Shown: positions 37,449 through 47,293, numbered from the stretch's first letter. The stretch: 62,821 bases of DNA from Nakamurella sp. (GCA_050999445.1 JBPCPG010000275.1:1-62821), one strand, 5' to 3'. A program made the numbers and translations. The notes: generated by a model not told the origin, from the sequence alone.

Positions 37449-37906
37449 CCGGGTTACGCGCCGCCTGGCGGCGACTCCGAAACCATCCCGAACGCGGAGC
37501 CGGAGGTGAAGCCCTGGAGCTCCTCATTTTGGTTCCGGCGTTCCTGGCGCTCATCACGGTGCTCGTAGCGGTCGGCCGCTTCCAACTAGGCAGCGGAAAG
37601 ATCGATCAGGCCGCCGGCGCGGCAGCCCGCGCCGCCTCTCAGCAAGCAACCGCGGAGGGCGCCCAGACCGCCGCGGCAGCCGCAGCGACATCCACCCTGA
37701 CCTCCGTGGGCGTCTCGTGTCTCAATTTCGCCGTGACCGTCGACACCGGCGGGTACGCCGCACCCCCCGGAGGAATCGCCACGGTCAACGTCGTCGTGTC
37801 CTGCACCGTGCAGTGGTCAGATCTGTCCGTCCCGGGATGGCCAGGGAGCAAAACGATCGTCGCTCAGGCATCGTCACCGCTGGACACGAGAAGGCTCGGG
37901 ACATGA
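37445..37906 (+). CDS. TadE-like minor pilin
   Basis: ERGAGGEALELLILVP, AAGAAARAAS. Confidence 0.8.
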   Translation: MTGLRAAWRRLRNHPERGAGGEALELLILVPAFLALITVLVAVGRFQLGSGKIDQAAGAAARAASQQATAEGAQTAAAAAATSTLTSVGVSCLNFAVTVDTGGYAAPPGGIATVNVVVSCTVQWSDLSVPGWPGSKTIVAQASSPLDTRRLGT

Positions 37907-38343
37907 ACAAGGACAAGGTGTCCGTTCCTCGAGCCCGGATGCGGCGTCTGCTCGACCGCGGCAACGAAGCCGGATCCGGCGGCGGCATCAGCCTGGTCAT
38001 GCTGGTCTTCGCCATCGGGCTGTTCATGGTGCTGGGTTTGGTCATCGACGGGTCGGCCAAGGCTCGGACCCTGGACCACGCCAACCAGCTGGCCACCGAA
38101 GCTGCCCGGGCCGGCCTGCAGGCGGCCACCCCCGACGGCATCGACCAGCAACGGGTGGACGCCGTCGTCGGGGCTTATCTGACGGCCGGCGGCATCACCG
38201 AATGGAACAGCCACATCGTCGGCGGCAACCAGATCGTGGTCGACGTGACCATCCAACAGAACACGAAGATGCTGTCGATGGTCGGTATCTCCACGATGAC
38301 GGTTCACGGTGAAGGCACCGCCGATGTGGTCTACAACCGATAG
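37903..38343 (+). CDS. TadG/TadE-like pseudopilin
   Basis: EAGSGG leader, GLVIDG, ATEAARAG. Confidence 0.75.
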   Translation: MNKDKVSVPRARMRRLLDRGNEAGSGGGISLVMLVFAIGLFMVLGLVIDGSAKARTLDHANQLATEAARAGLQAATPDGIDQQRVDAVVGAYLTAGGITEWNSHIVGGNQIVVDVTIQQNTKMLSMVGISTMTVHGEGTADVVYNR

Positions 38344-38359
38344 GAAACGAGGAATAGCA

Positions 38360-41300
38360 ATGAGCCGAATCGCACGGTCATTGGCAGCGCTGCTGGTGCT
38401 GCTCGGCGGCCTGCTCGGCGCCCCGGCCGCGTTGTGGCATCTGGGTCGCGGATTCCTGCCCGATCACGTTCCAAGCCTGCAGGAGGTGTGGGCGGGAGCC
38501 ACTGCTACCGACACCGGCTCGTTGTTCCTGGGGTTTCTGGTCGTCGTGGGCGTCATCGCGTGGGCTGTTTTCGCGCTCTGCGTACTCCTGGAGGTTGTTT
38601 CCTTGCTGGCCGGGCGCCGCCGCGCCGGCCGCCCCGGCACTGTCCAGGCCGCGCCACGTATCAAGCTGCTGCGAGCCCCCCAATCCGCGGTATCGGCCTT
38701 GATCAGCGTGGCCTTGACCGGCACCTTGATGTTCGGCGGCGCCGCTATGGCCTCCGCGACGACACCCTCCTTGCATGCCGTAGCAGCCACCACCTCGGTA
38801 ACCCAGTCAGCATCAACAGTCGCCGCTCCGACCGCGCGCATCGCCGCCCCAGCATCTGTGCCGGTTTCGTCGATGCACACAGCCGCGTCGACGCGGCCGG
38901 TCACTGGTGGCCCCACTTGGACGGTGGCGCGGTACGACACCTTGATGTCCATCTCGGAAGCGACCATGGGCGACGACTCGCACTACACCGAGATCGCCAA
39001 GCTCAACATCGGCGTCCCGCAGACGGATGGCCGAACGATGAAAACAGCCGACACCCTACTGGAAATCGGTTGGAAGCTGATCCTTCCCCCCACCGCGGTC
39101 CTTCCCACCGGGCACACCGCCCCGCACGTTGGACAGAAAACGGTGACCGTCATCGAAGGGGACAGCGTCTCCAAGATTGCCGCGGCCCAGTACGGCGACG
39201 GCGATCGTTGGCCCGAAGTCGCCGCCGCCAACCACCTCGCTGATCCCGACCAGCTGACTCCCGGCCAAGTCCTGATCATCCCCGCCGCCGCGGGGAGCGG
39301 ACCCAAGCACGCCGCACCAACAGTCATCGCCACCCACACTGCCGCAGCCACTCACGCTGTGCCCTCGCACGTTGCCGCCTCCCACACTGCCCGGGGCGTC
39401 GCACACCCCCACTCGGCGACACCGGCGACACCACACACCGCCGCCGCGTCTGCACCGTCGAAAGCGCACACCGCGGCTCCCCGCTCAGTAGCCGCAAACG
39501 CCCCAAAAGCCCCGATGACCGCCGTCCCCTCCAGCCCCGCCCCGACCAGCTCTGCCGGCTCCAACCCCAGCACGGTTGGCCAGACCACGGAACAGGCGCC
39601 CTCGGTTCCCACCGGGCAGCACGCCGCGGCCGCACCGCACCACGTCACCCCGACCGCTTCACCCGCGTTCTCGGACATCACCGAGATGGTCGCCGGTCTG
39701 GGCGCTGCGCTCGGAGCCCTGCTCTTGGCCGGGATCGCGGTCGCGCGCCGCCGGAAGGGCCGTCGACGGCCGACGGGCGAAGTTCCACGTCCGGTGAGCC
39801 TGTCCGCCACACGCGTGGAACGACACCTTCGGCAACGCGCCGGCGGCGCCGAGGTCGCCTGGATGGACAACGCCCTGCGGTCTGCCGCCGCTCTATCCGC
39901 GGATCGGTCCGCCGACCAGCTTCCGGACGTCACCGCGGTGTGGCTGTCGACGCAGGAACTGCAACTTCAGTTGGCCAGCGAGGTTCCCGCCCCCGCCCCG
40001 TTCGTCGCCGAGGGTGCCGGCTGGGTAATACCCGCCGGCACCGAACTTCCAGATCGGACAGAAACAGCGGCGCCGTTCCCGGCGCTGGTCACCCTCGGAG
40101 AGTCCGCCGGTGAAACGTTCCTGGTCGACCTGGAGCGCGTCGGTGCCCTGACGGTGACCGGAGATGAACAGCGCACCGCGAACCTACTGCGCCACATCGC
40201 CGCCGAGTACAGCCATTCGCTGTGGTCTGACCATCTACAGGTCTACCTAGTGGGCTGGGGTGAGACGGTGACCGCGCTGCAACCGGACCGACTCTTCTAC
40301 GCACCGTCGATCGCCGACGTCGTGACGATCCTGCGGGGTCGCCTGGAAGAGGTTCTGGAAGTCCAGGCCGAAGGCGCCACCACCGTCCTGAAATCCCGGA
40401 TCGCGGATCAACACACCGTCGACGACCCGTGGACCCCCACAATCTTGTTGATCGACGCCGGCGCCGACGAGGACCTAGAGCCCCTGACCCAGGCCCTGCA
40501 AGGCATCAGCGGCGCCGGCCGGTCGGCAGTGGCCGTCGTGACCCGCACCGACCAAATCGTCGCCGGCAGCGCCGTCGCGCACATCGACGCCGACGGCACA
40601 CTGCAGATCCCGTCGATTCTCCCGGCCGGCCTACGCGTCCAGGCCGCCGGCCTGACCCAGCCGGCGCTTGATGAACTGCTCGAGCTGTTCATCGCCGCCG
40701 GCCAGTTCCAAAAGCCGGGCGTGGTCACCGACACCACGGAGCCCTGGTCAACGGACATGTCGGTCATGGGATCACTGATCATCCCTGCCCCGGGGACCGC
40801 AGACGTAGAGCCGACCGACCGAGCGGATCTTCCCGAACCGCCTGCTGACCTCACACTCGACGCCGAGGAAAACCAAGTTGAGCACCAGGCCAATGCTGGC
40901 CAGGTGGTCGCGTTGCGTCCGGCGCTGGCCGCCGCGCAGCAACTCCTGGCGAAAGTTCAGGCCGACGACGTCGAACTCGACGCCGACGTCCACGAGTGGT
41001 TCAGCGCCCCCGACCTCGTCGACCCTGACGCAAAAATGGACTGGGTGCTGCGCCCTCGGGTCGGAGTGCTGGGCCCGCCGCTGGTTCTGGTCCGCGGCAG
41101 CAAACCCACAGACCGCATCCACAAGTACACCGAGATGGTGGTTTACCTCGCACTGCACCGGGACGCCGAGGTCGAGCAGTTCGTCGCCGATCTGTGGCCT
41201 GTCGAAGGAACGACCTCTGACGAGAACCGCCGCGCCTACCTCTCACGGGTCCGCACATGGTTGGGCACCGATCCGGATGGCCGCACGTATCTGCCTTCCC

Positions 41301-41830
41301 GGCTCAAGCTCTACGGCCTGGAGCGGCGCCGCCGGCTCTTGGACGTCGAGCTGTTCCGCCGACTGCGTAAGCGCGCAGACGCCTACCTCAAGGCCGAGGA
41401 CTACACCCGGGCCATGACCGATTTGTGCAGCGCGTTGGACCTGGTGCGCGGGCCGACCCTGGATCAGCACCCTCGTAACGGCTACGCCTGGTCCTTGACC
41501 AACGATGAGGCCGATCTGCGGGATGCCAACCTGATGATGCTCGAGACCGCCCACCTACTGGTCGATCTCGCGATCGAGGCGGGCGATCTGGATCTGGCCC
41601 GGCAGGCCGCGGACGCCGGGTACACCGTGGACCACAAGGCTGACCTGCCACTGGTCGACCACATGCGCATCGCCCATCAGGTGGGCGATGACCAGAAGGC
41701 CCGGGGCTGGCTCGCGGCGCTGCTGCAGGCCAACGAGATCGAGCTGGCCGAGGACCTCCCGAACTTCAGTACCTTCCAGGCAGTCACCGAGGTGTTCCCC
41801 GACGGTCTGCCAACAGCCGCGAACAGCTGA
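38360..41830 (+). CDS. Membrane protein with two LysM domains and a C-terminal BTAD/SARP-like region
   Basis: WTVARYDTLMSISE..IAKLN; VTVIEGDSVSKIA..AAANHL..PDQLTPGQVLIIP; C-terminal VGVLGP, YLALH, DVELFRRL, ALDLVRG. Confidence 0.8.
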   Translation: MSRIARSLAALLVLLGGLLGAPAALWHLGRGFLPDHVPSLQEVWAGATATDTGSLFLGFLVVVGVIAWAVFALCVLLEVVSLLAGRRRAGRPGTVQAAPRIKLLRAPQSAVSALISVALTGTLMFGGAAMASATTPSLHAVAATTSVTQSASTVAAPTARIAAPASVPVSSMHTAASTRPVTGGPTWTVARYDTLMSISEATMGDDSHYTEIAKLNIGVPQTDGRTMKTADTLLEIGWKLILPPTAVLPTGHTAPHVGQKTVTVIEGDSVSKIAAAQYGDGDRWPEVAAANHLADPDQLTPGQVLIIPAAAGSGPKHAAPTVIATHTAAATHAVPSHVAASHTARGVAHPHSATPATPHTAAASAPSKAHTAAPRSVAANAPKAPMTAVPSSPAPTSSAGSNPSTVGQTTEQAPSVPTGQHAAAAPHHVTPTASPAFSDITEMVAGLGAALGALLLAGIAVARRRKGRRRPTGEVPRPVSLSATRVERHLRQRAGGAEVAWMDNALRSAAALSADRSADQLPDVTAVWLSTQELQLQLASEVPAPAPFVAEGAGWVIPAGTELPDRTETAAPFPALVTLGESAGETFLVDLERVGALTVTGDEQRTANLLRHIAAEYSHSLWSDHLQVYLVGWGETVTALQPDRLFYAPSIADVVTILRGRLEEVLEVQAEGATTVLKSRIADQHTVDDPWTPTILLIDAGADEDLEPLTQALQGISGAGRSAVAVVTRTDQIVAGSAVAHIDADGTLQIPSILPAGLRVQAAGLTQPALDELLELFIAAGQFQKPGVVTDTTEPWSTDMSVMGSLIIPAPGTADVEPTDRADLPEPPADLTLDAEENQVEHQANAGQVVALRPALAAAQQLLAKVQADDVELDADVHEWFSAPDLVDPDAKMDWVLRPRVGVLGPPLVLVRGSKPTDRIHKYTEMVVYLALHRDAEVEQFVADLWPVEGTTSDENRRAYLSRVRTWLGTDPDGRTYLPSRLKLYGLERRRRLLDVELFRRLRKRADAYLKAEDYTRAMTDLCSALDLVRGPTLDQHPRNGYAWSLTNDEADLRDANLMMLETAHLLVDLAIEAGDLDLARQAADAGYTVDHKADLPLVDHMRIAHQVGDDQKARGWLAALLQANEIELAEDLPNFSTFQAVTEVFPDGLPTAANS

Positions 41831-41889
41831 GCCTGCACGGGCCCCGATTTTCGATTGGACAGAAAACCAAGGAAACAGGAGGAGGAGGC

Positions 41890-42552
41890 GTGGTGATCAT
41901 CGAAGTGTTGCTCGGAGCAGCTGCCGGGGCATTGGCCAGCGCAGCTGTATATGCGGCGGCCGGCCGTTTCTTGGCCACCGCAGCTCTCGACAAGCATTGC
42001 GCACGAGTCATCCCGCCGGTGCCTCTCATCCTTGCCTGCGCCGCCGCCGGCGCCGCTGTCAGCCACATCCACAGCTGGCCGGTTCTTCTTCTCTACAGCG
42101 TTTTCCTGGCCGCGGTTCTGGTCGCCGTGACCGTCGACGTCGCCGAACAAAGGATTCCCGACCGGATCACCTACCCTCTGTTGGCTGTAGGCGTGCTGGT
42201 CCTGCCGGTGTTGTCCGACCACACCTTGTGGGGCTGGATAGGGCCGGTGGTCGGCGGCGTCGCGGCCGGGCTCTGGGCGCTGGTCACGGCCCTAGTCGCC
42301 GACCAAGGCTTGGGTGATGTCAAGTTGGCCGCGGTCATCGGCGCATGGATGGCCCACCTTGGTCTGCTGCCGTGGGCTGTCGGATTGCTCGGGGGGCAGA
42401 TAGCCGTCGTGGTGTTGGTCGCCGCGGTCAGGGTCCGCCGGCACCGCCAGCACCGCTCCGATCCGCAGTTGGACAGAAACGCACACACAGCGCTGGGCCC
42501 TGCGTTGGCGGCTGGATCCGTGCTGGCCTTGCTGTACGCATCACTCGTATGA
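41890..42552 (+). CDS. Prepilin peptidase (A24, TadV-like)
   Basis: VDVAEQRIPD, GLGDVKL, ALGPAL. Confidence 0.85.
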   Translation: MVIIEVLLGAAAGALASAAVYAAAGRFLATAALDKHCARVIPPVPLILACAAAGAAVSHIHSWPVLLLYSVFLAAVLVAVTVDVAEQRIPDRITYPLLAVGVLVLPVLSDHTLWGWIGPVVGGVAAGLWALVTALVADQGLGDVKLAAVIGAWMAHLGLLPWAVGLLGGQIAVVVLVAAVRVRRHRQHRSDPQLDRNAHTALGPALAAGSVLALLYASLV

Positions 42553-42656
42553 AGACGCCACCCGCCCGCATTACTGTATTTCCGTAATTAAAGAACAGAG
42601 GAGGACCGGGCACGATGCACGTAACCACCACAGTCCTTCAGAAAGGGCAATCCTCG

Positions 42657-43037
42657 ATGCGAACCGTCACCGCTCCATCGGCTGCCAGCGGCGTCATCAA
42701 CGAAATCGCCGGCGCCCGGCAACGTCTGCTCGGCCCCGACGGCGGCGACCCGACCTATTCCGCACCCCTGGGCCCAGACGACGACACCCTGGAAATGTGC
42801 GCGGCCGCGTACGCGCTACCCGACGGCTTCCGCGAGAAGAGCCAGGCGGGAATCCCCTTGGCCTGGGCCTGGCCGTCGTCGACCTTCGACATCACCCTGA
42901 CCCGCCGTGAAGAGCTCATCCAAGCCGCCGCGATGATCACCGCCGCCGTGGAACGCCTCGACCGGCACGCCGCTGCCGGCGAAAGGCCAACCCGCCGGCG
43001 GCAGCTGCAAGTCGTTCCCGGGATTGGACAGAAATGA
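42657..43037 (+). CDS. Phage-like conserved hypothetical protein
   Basis: AAAYAL..WAWP..RREELIQAAAMITAAVERLDR pattern, typical of phage/MGE ORFs. Confidence 0.55.
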   Translation: MRTVTAPSAASGVINEIAGARQRLLGPDGGDPTYSAPLGPDDDTLEMCAAAYALPDGFREKSQAGIPLAWAWPSSTFDITLTRREELIQAAAMITAAVERLDRHAAAGERPTRRRQLQVVPGIGQK

Positions 43038-43507
43038 CGCCACCGCGGTGCAGACTGCAGATCCTGATCCCCGACTCGACCACCGGCCGGATCCTTCTGG
43101 CCTGGCACCGGCCCAGCCGCACCTGGACCTTGCCCGCCGGTGACCTTCGGGTAGGCGAGGCAATGACCGCCGCCGCGCATCGAGTCGTCACCGAAGCCGT
43201 CTCGATCGGTGTCCAAATAGGCTGGGTCGCCGACATGACAGTCGAACCCGACGGCATCTTCGTCCTGATCCCCGGCCGCCACGTGACGGGCCGGCCCGCA
43301 GCCAACGGCCCTTACAGCCGATGTATCTGGGTCGGCCCTAATGAACTCGCCCGCCTTGCTTCCACCTCGCCGTGCCCAACAGATCACCGAGGCCCTGCGC
43401 CAGCGAAAACCGCTGCTCGCAGCAACCGGATAACCACCCGAGCCTCAGCAATCAAATCAATCCAAAAGGGGGAGCCCCGTGATCACCCACATCGACGACC
43501 GGCCTGA
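43034..43507 (+). CDS. Degenerate NUDIX-fold protein
   Basis: GRILL..WTLPAGDLRVGEAMTAAAHRVVTEAV; catalytic REUXEE residues largely lost. Confidence 0.55.
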   Translation: MTPPRCRLQILIPDSTTGRILLAWHRPSRTWTLPAGDLRVGEAMTAAAHRVVTEAVSIGVQIGWVADMTVEPDGIFVLIPGRHVTGRPAANGPYSRCIWVGPNELARLASTSPCPTDHRGPAPAKTAARSNRITTRASAIKSIQKGEPRDHPHRRPA

Positions 43508-44273
43508 AACAAGACGAAGTGCGCCGCCCACCCGCCGGCTCAGCAAGTCACTGACAGCCGCGGTAGTTGCGCTCATCGCAGGGCTGACCCTCTCCGGTTG
43601 CACCTCGAGCAGCGCGCCCGCGGCCACCCCGCCCACCTTGAGCACCCGTACCTCGTCGACGACATCGAGTGTGTCGACCTCCGTGAGTCCGACCCCAACC
43701 GCCACCTCGTCATCGGTTTCGTCGACGGCATCCTTGCGGTCGACTACGGCAAAGCCCAGCTCGCCCACCAAATCCATCGCGCCCACTACGACCAAACCGG
43801 CATCCTCGCCGCCTCCCACGACGACGGCTCCATGGCCGGCGACGTTGACCCGCCCCCAGATCATCGAGGCGAAATCTGCGCTTGCGGCCTACACCGCCTA
43901 CTACACCCTGCTCGATCAGGCATTCGCCAAGCCGGGCAAAGACTGGTCCGCCCCGTTCGCCAAGGTTGCCTCCGACCCAGAAAAATCCTCGATCCTGAGA
44001 TACCTCAAGGCCACAGCCAAGCTCGGGCAGTACGGCTCAGGTCATATCCGGCTCATTCCTCGGGTGACCAAGGTCCAGACCGCCGCAGTCGAGCTGACCG
44101 TCTGTGTCGATACGAGCAACGTCGGTTTCTTCGACAAGACAGGGAAATCCATTAAAGCGCCGGATGCACCCGGTTCGTACTACCGCCACCCATCGAAGGC
44201 GGCCGTCTACGAATACGTCGGTAATCAGTGGCTGGTCACCACCATCAACGACGATTACGGCAAGACATGTTGA
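43479..44273 (+). CDS. Lipoprotein (Tad-locus associated)
   Basis: Lipobox LSGC, Ser/Thr linker, VCVDTS...QWLV. Confidence 0.7.
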   Translation: MITHIDDRPETRRSAPPTRRLSKSLTAAVVALIAGLTLSGCTSSSAPAATPPTLSTRTSSTTSSVSTSVSPTPTATSSSVSSTASLRSTTAKPSSPTKSIAPTTTKPASSPPPTTTAPWPATLTRPQIIEAKSALAAYTAYYTLLDQAFAKPGKDWSAPFAKVASDPEKSSILRYLKATAKLGQYGSGHIRLIPRVTKVQTAAVELTVCVDTSNVGFFDKTGKSIKAPDAPGSYYRHPSKAAVYEYVGNQWLVTTINDDYGKTC

Positions 44274-45445
44274 CCGCACGCGCTGCCCGGCGCGGCGTCG
44301 GGACGCTCTTGACGGCATCTGTATTCCTGTTGTCCGTCCAGGGCATTGGATGGGCTGACGGTACGGGCGTCGGTTGCGGCCGCGCGGGATGCGGTGTCGG
44401 TGCCACTGATCCCGGCTCCCCGGGCTCCACTCCGAGCACTGGTCCGTCCGGTGGTGGCACGTCCAATGGCGGTTCTTCGGGTGGCGGTTCATCAAGCGGC
44501 GGTTCATCAAGCGGCGGTTCATCAAGCGGCGGTGCTGGCGGTGGCGGTTCATCGAGCGGCGGTGCTGGCGGTGGCGGTTCATCGAGCGGCGGTGCTGGCG
44601 GTGGCGGTTCATCGAGCAGCGGTGCTGGCGGTGGCGGCGGCTCAGGTAAGCCGGTCGGGTGCGGCCAGTGGTACGTCATGAATCCACAACCGGCCGCCGG
44701 GTCGCCGCTTTGGGAAGGCCACAGCGCGGCCGACGGTGTGGTCGAGTTCTTCGAGTGCGACGGAGGAGGTGGCGGCATCAGCCAGGCGGGCGCGTCGACA
44801 TTCCGGTTCGCCGCCAAGGCTGCTCCTGCTCCGCCCGGCAAGGCTGCTCCTGCCGCCCCGCCGCCACCGCCGGTCGATCCCGCGGTGGTAGCACAGGAGG
44901 CGTATCGGCTAATTCCGATTCCGCATCCGCAGATGCACTTCGGTCCTGATGCCGCCCATGTTGCCGTGCGGTACTGGCTGTACCTGTGGACGGATAACCC
45001 GGGTCCGATCACTCGCACCGCGACCACCAGGAACGTAACCGTCTCGGCTACGGCGACCCTGGACTCGGTCACCTGGTCAATGGGTGCTCCCGCTTCGACC
45101 GCCTACCTGGGTACGGTCGACGGCCCGGTGGTGTGCAAGGGAGCGGGCACTCCGCCCCCAGCCAATGCGGACACCACCGTCGATCCGCGGTCGAACGGTT
45201 TTTGCGCGTACATGTATCAGGTCCGCTCGACAGTTGACCGCACCGGCGGTGCCGGGAGCTGGCCGGTGACGGCCTCTGCCACCTGGCGCATCGCTTGGAA
45301 AGAAACGGCGGGCGGAAACGCGACCGGCTCCATCCAGGCGCCACCGTTCACCTCGGCGACGGCGGTCTGTGTGGGTGCTTGGTACACGGTTGCGGTGGAT
45401 CCGAACTCGCCGCCGCCGAAGAACGCCGTCTGCGGCCAGGGTTAA
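44267..45445 (+). CDS. Secreted protein with Gly/Ser repeat linker (Tad-locus associated, Ig-like C-terminus)
   Basis: Signal peptide, VDPAVVAQEA, VTWSMG, VVCKGAGTP, VTASATW. Confidence 0.7.
   Translation: MLTARAARRGVGTLLTASVFLLSVQGIGWADGTGVGCGRAGCGVGATDPGSPGSTPSTGPSGGGTSNGGSSGGGSSSGGSSSGGSSSGGAGGGGSSSGGAGGGGSSSGGAGGGGSSSSGAGGGGGSGKPVGCGQWYVMNPQPAAGSPLWEGHSAADGVVEFFECDGGGGGISQAGASTFRFAAKAAPAPPGKAAPAAPPPPPVDPAVVAQEAYRLIPIPHPQMHFGPDAAHVAVRYWLYLWTDNPGPITRTATTRNVTVSATATLDSVTWSMGAPASTAYLGTVDGPVVCKGAGTPPPANADTTVDPRSNGFCAYMYQVRSTVDRTGGAGSWPVTASATWRIAWKETAGGNATGSIQAPPFTSATAVCVGAWYTVAVDPNSPPPKNAVCGQG
44483..44640 (+). repeat. In-frame 15-bp / 30-bp tandem repeats (GGSSS; GGAGGGGSSS)
   Basis: GGCGGTTCATCAAGC x3, then GGCGGTGCTGGCGGTGGCGGTTCATCGAGC x3 plus a partial copy. 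Confidence 0.9.
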
Positions 45446-45769
45446 ATTCTCGGATGCGGCGCTAGGATGACGGGGAGAGCGCCGCCGACTCACGACGCCC
45501 TCCCCTGACGGTCACCAGCCCCGAAGGGTCCGGATCACGGTTGCGAGAGCTCCGAGGACTGCGGCGATACCGCCAAGTATTGCGCCGTAGTCTTTCGGAG
45601 CTTTTCGCTTCTCCGGATCGGACATGACCATCACCTCCCACCTGGGCGCGCAACGTCCGGATCATCCGGTGCGCCCCTCAGCGGGAGGTAAAACAAGTGC
45701 ATCACGTCCGTACGACACGCGTCACCCCGGTGCGGCGTGTCGTGCCCTTCCATTACATGGCATTAACGT

Positions 45770-46642
45770 TCACGCCGACCGGGTGAGGCGCATGTGGTGG
45801 AGATTGCGGTCGCGGGCGCTAAATCCCCGCCAGATGGCATGGTCCAGGCGCTGGTCGCGGACGCGGCTGGTCGCGGTGAATCGGCGGAACGCGACCATGT
45901 CGACATGGTCGCCGGCGGCGCGGAATTCCATCGCGCTGCCCTCGGGCACCATTTGCGGATCACTCATTCCGAGGTGGTGCCGGTATCCGACTTTCCGGAG
46001 CCACGCGGGGTTGGAGGCCCACCACAGTGCCCCGTCGGAGTCCTGAGCAACGGCCAATGGTGACAGCGCAGCCCTGGCCAGGAACAGGCTTCCCGGCCTG
46101 GCGGCGTTGACCCAGGCCAGTGCTGCGCGGCCGCGTACCCCGGTCAGGACGGCGGCTGCGGCAGCGACGGTCGTAGTGGGGGAGAGCTGGGAGAACAGCC
46201 AGGCGCTGTCGGTTTCGGCGGCCTGATGATCGCCGTCGGTGTAGGGGACTGTGACGTCGCCGTTGTGGGTGCCCAGCACGGCGCCGACGATCATGGGCGA
46301 GCAGTTGGACAGATCCACCAATCCCTGTGTGGCCCAACGGGTGTGGCCGAGCGCCAAATTTGCTGATCGCAGGGAGCCAGTGATCCGGCAAGCGCCGGGG
46401 ATGCGTGCGGAGAACGGGCTCAACGTGATGACGATCCTGGTGCGGCCAGCGGTCCGGTCGACGACGTCGGCGTCGCTGTGGGTTCGAGTGGTCAGTGGCC
46501 GGTTGTGCAAGGTGGCGATCCCGGCCGAGTCGGTGCCGCGTTCCTCTGCCAGGGCGCCCAGCGTGAGAAGCGCGGCTGCGGCGTCGTGTCGGGCGGTGGG
46601 TGGGTATCGATGGGGTCGTAGGGTGCCGAAGATTCCGCACAT
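45770..46642 (-). CDS. Class II (Ntn) glutamine amidotransferase
   Basis: MCGIFG, RGTDSAG, GHTRWAT, HNG, ETDS. Confidence 0.9.
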   Translation of the reverse strand: MCGIFGTLRPHRYPPTARHDAAAALLTLGALAEERGTDSAGIATLHNRPLTTRTHSDADVVDRTAGRTRIVITLSPFSARIPGACRITGSLRSANLALGHTRWATQGLVDLSNCSPMIVGAVLGTHNGDVTVPYTDGDHQAAETDSAWLFSQLSPTTTVAAAAAVLTGVRGRAALAWVNAARPGSLFLARAALSPLAVAQDSDGALWWASNPAWLRKVGYRHHLGMSDPQMVPEGSAMEFRAAGDHVDMVAFRRFTATSRVRDQRLDHAIWRGFSARDRNLHHMRLTRSA

Positions 46643-46665
46643 GGTGTCGCTCTTTCGCTGTGGTG

Positions 46666-47085
46666 TCAGTTTGTCCACTGGCCGGCGGGGATGGGCCGCA
46701 AGGCGGTGATGTCGATGTCGGGTCCGGCGAGGTAGATCCAGGCCTGAAGGCTTTTGGTCTGACCGGTTTCGGGGTTGGTGAAGTGGACGGGTCGGATGGT
46801 CCGCACGTAGTGGGAGTGGGTTGGGGGCTCTTTGGGGTGGTATCCCTCGAGCTGGTCCAGTGCGTGCATGGTCTGCAGGTAGGTGTCCTCGGGCAGAGTC
46901 ATCAGATAGCCGTGGGTGCGTCGGCCGGGGGTGGGCGCTGCGTAGGGAAGGAACTGGCTGCGGTAGAGCCCGATTTCTTTGATGACTGCGGGGGTTTCGG
47001 CGGTTGTCCGGTACTGCAAGCAGCGGACGTGGTTGTGGTGGCCGGGCATGAGGGTGCCGTAGACGAAAACAGGGTGGTGGTGCAT
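46666..47085 (-). CDS. Gamma-glutamylcyclotransferase (GGCT/AIG2-like)
   Basis: VFVYGTL, LDQLEGY, AWIY. Confidence 0.9.
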   Translation of the reverse strand: MHHHPVFVYGTLMPGHHNHVRCLQYRTTAETPAVIKEIGLYRSQFLPYAAPTPGRRTHGYLMTLPEDTYLQTMHALDQLEGYHPKEPPTHSHYVRTIRPVHFTNPETGQTKSLQAWIYLAGPDIDITALRPIPAGQWTN

Positions 47086-47104
47086 TCGGACCTCCAAGCT
47101 CAGT

Positions 47105-47168
47105 TGCTGTAATACCAGTATACCAGATTACCGGCTAACTGGCTAGCCAGGAAATCGGAATGCTGGGA
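47105..47168. promoter_or_regulatory. 8-bp-period repeat array upstream of GGCT/GATase
   Basis: TACCAGTA TACCAGAT TACCGGCT AACTGGCT AGCCAGGA. Confidence 0.65.
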
Positions 47169-47293
47169 AGTGGCGCACGATGACCCTCGATAACAATCAA
47201 TGCGACGAATCGAAAGGGCCATCAGATGTTCACTGCTGTAATCAATCTCAGCTCGTCCAGGATCTCGGTCCGCCCGCGCACCGGGGTGGTGTC

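Noticed and set aside
43034-43507. Active NUDIX hydrolase
   Set aside because: The catalytic glutamates of the Nudix box are mostly missing
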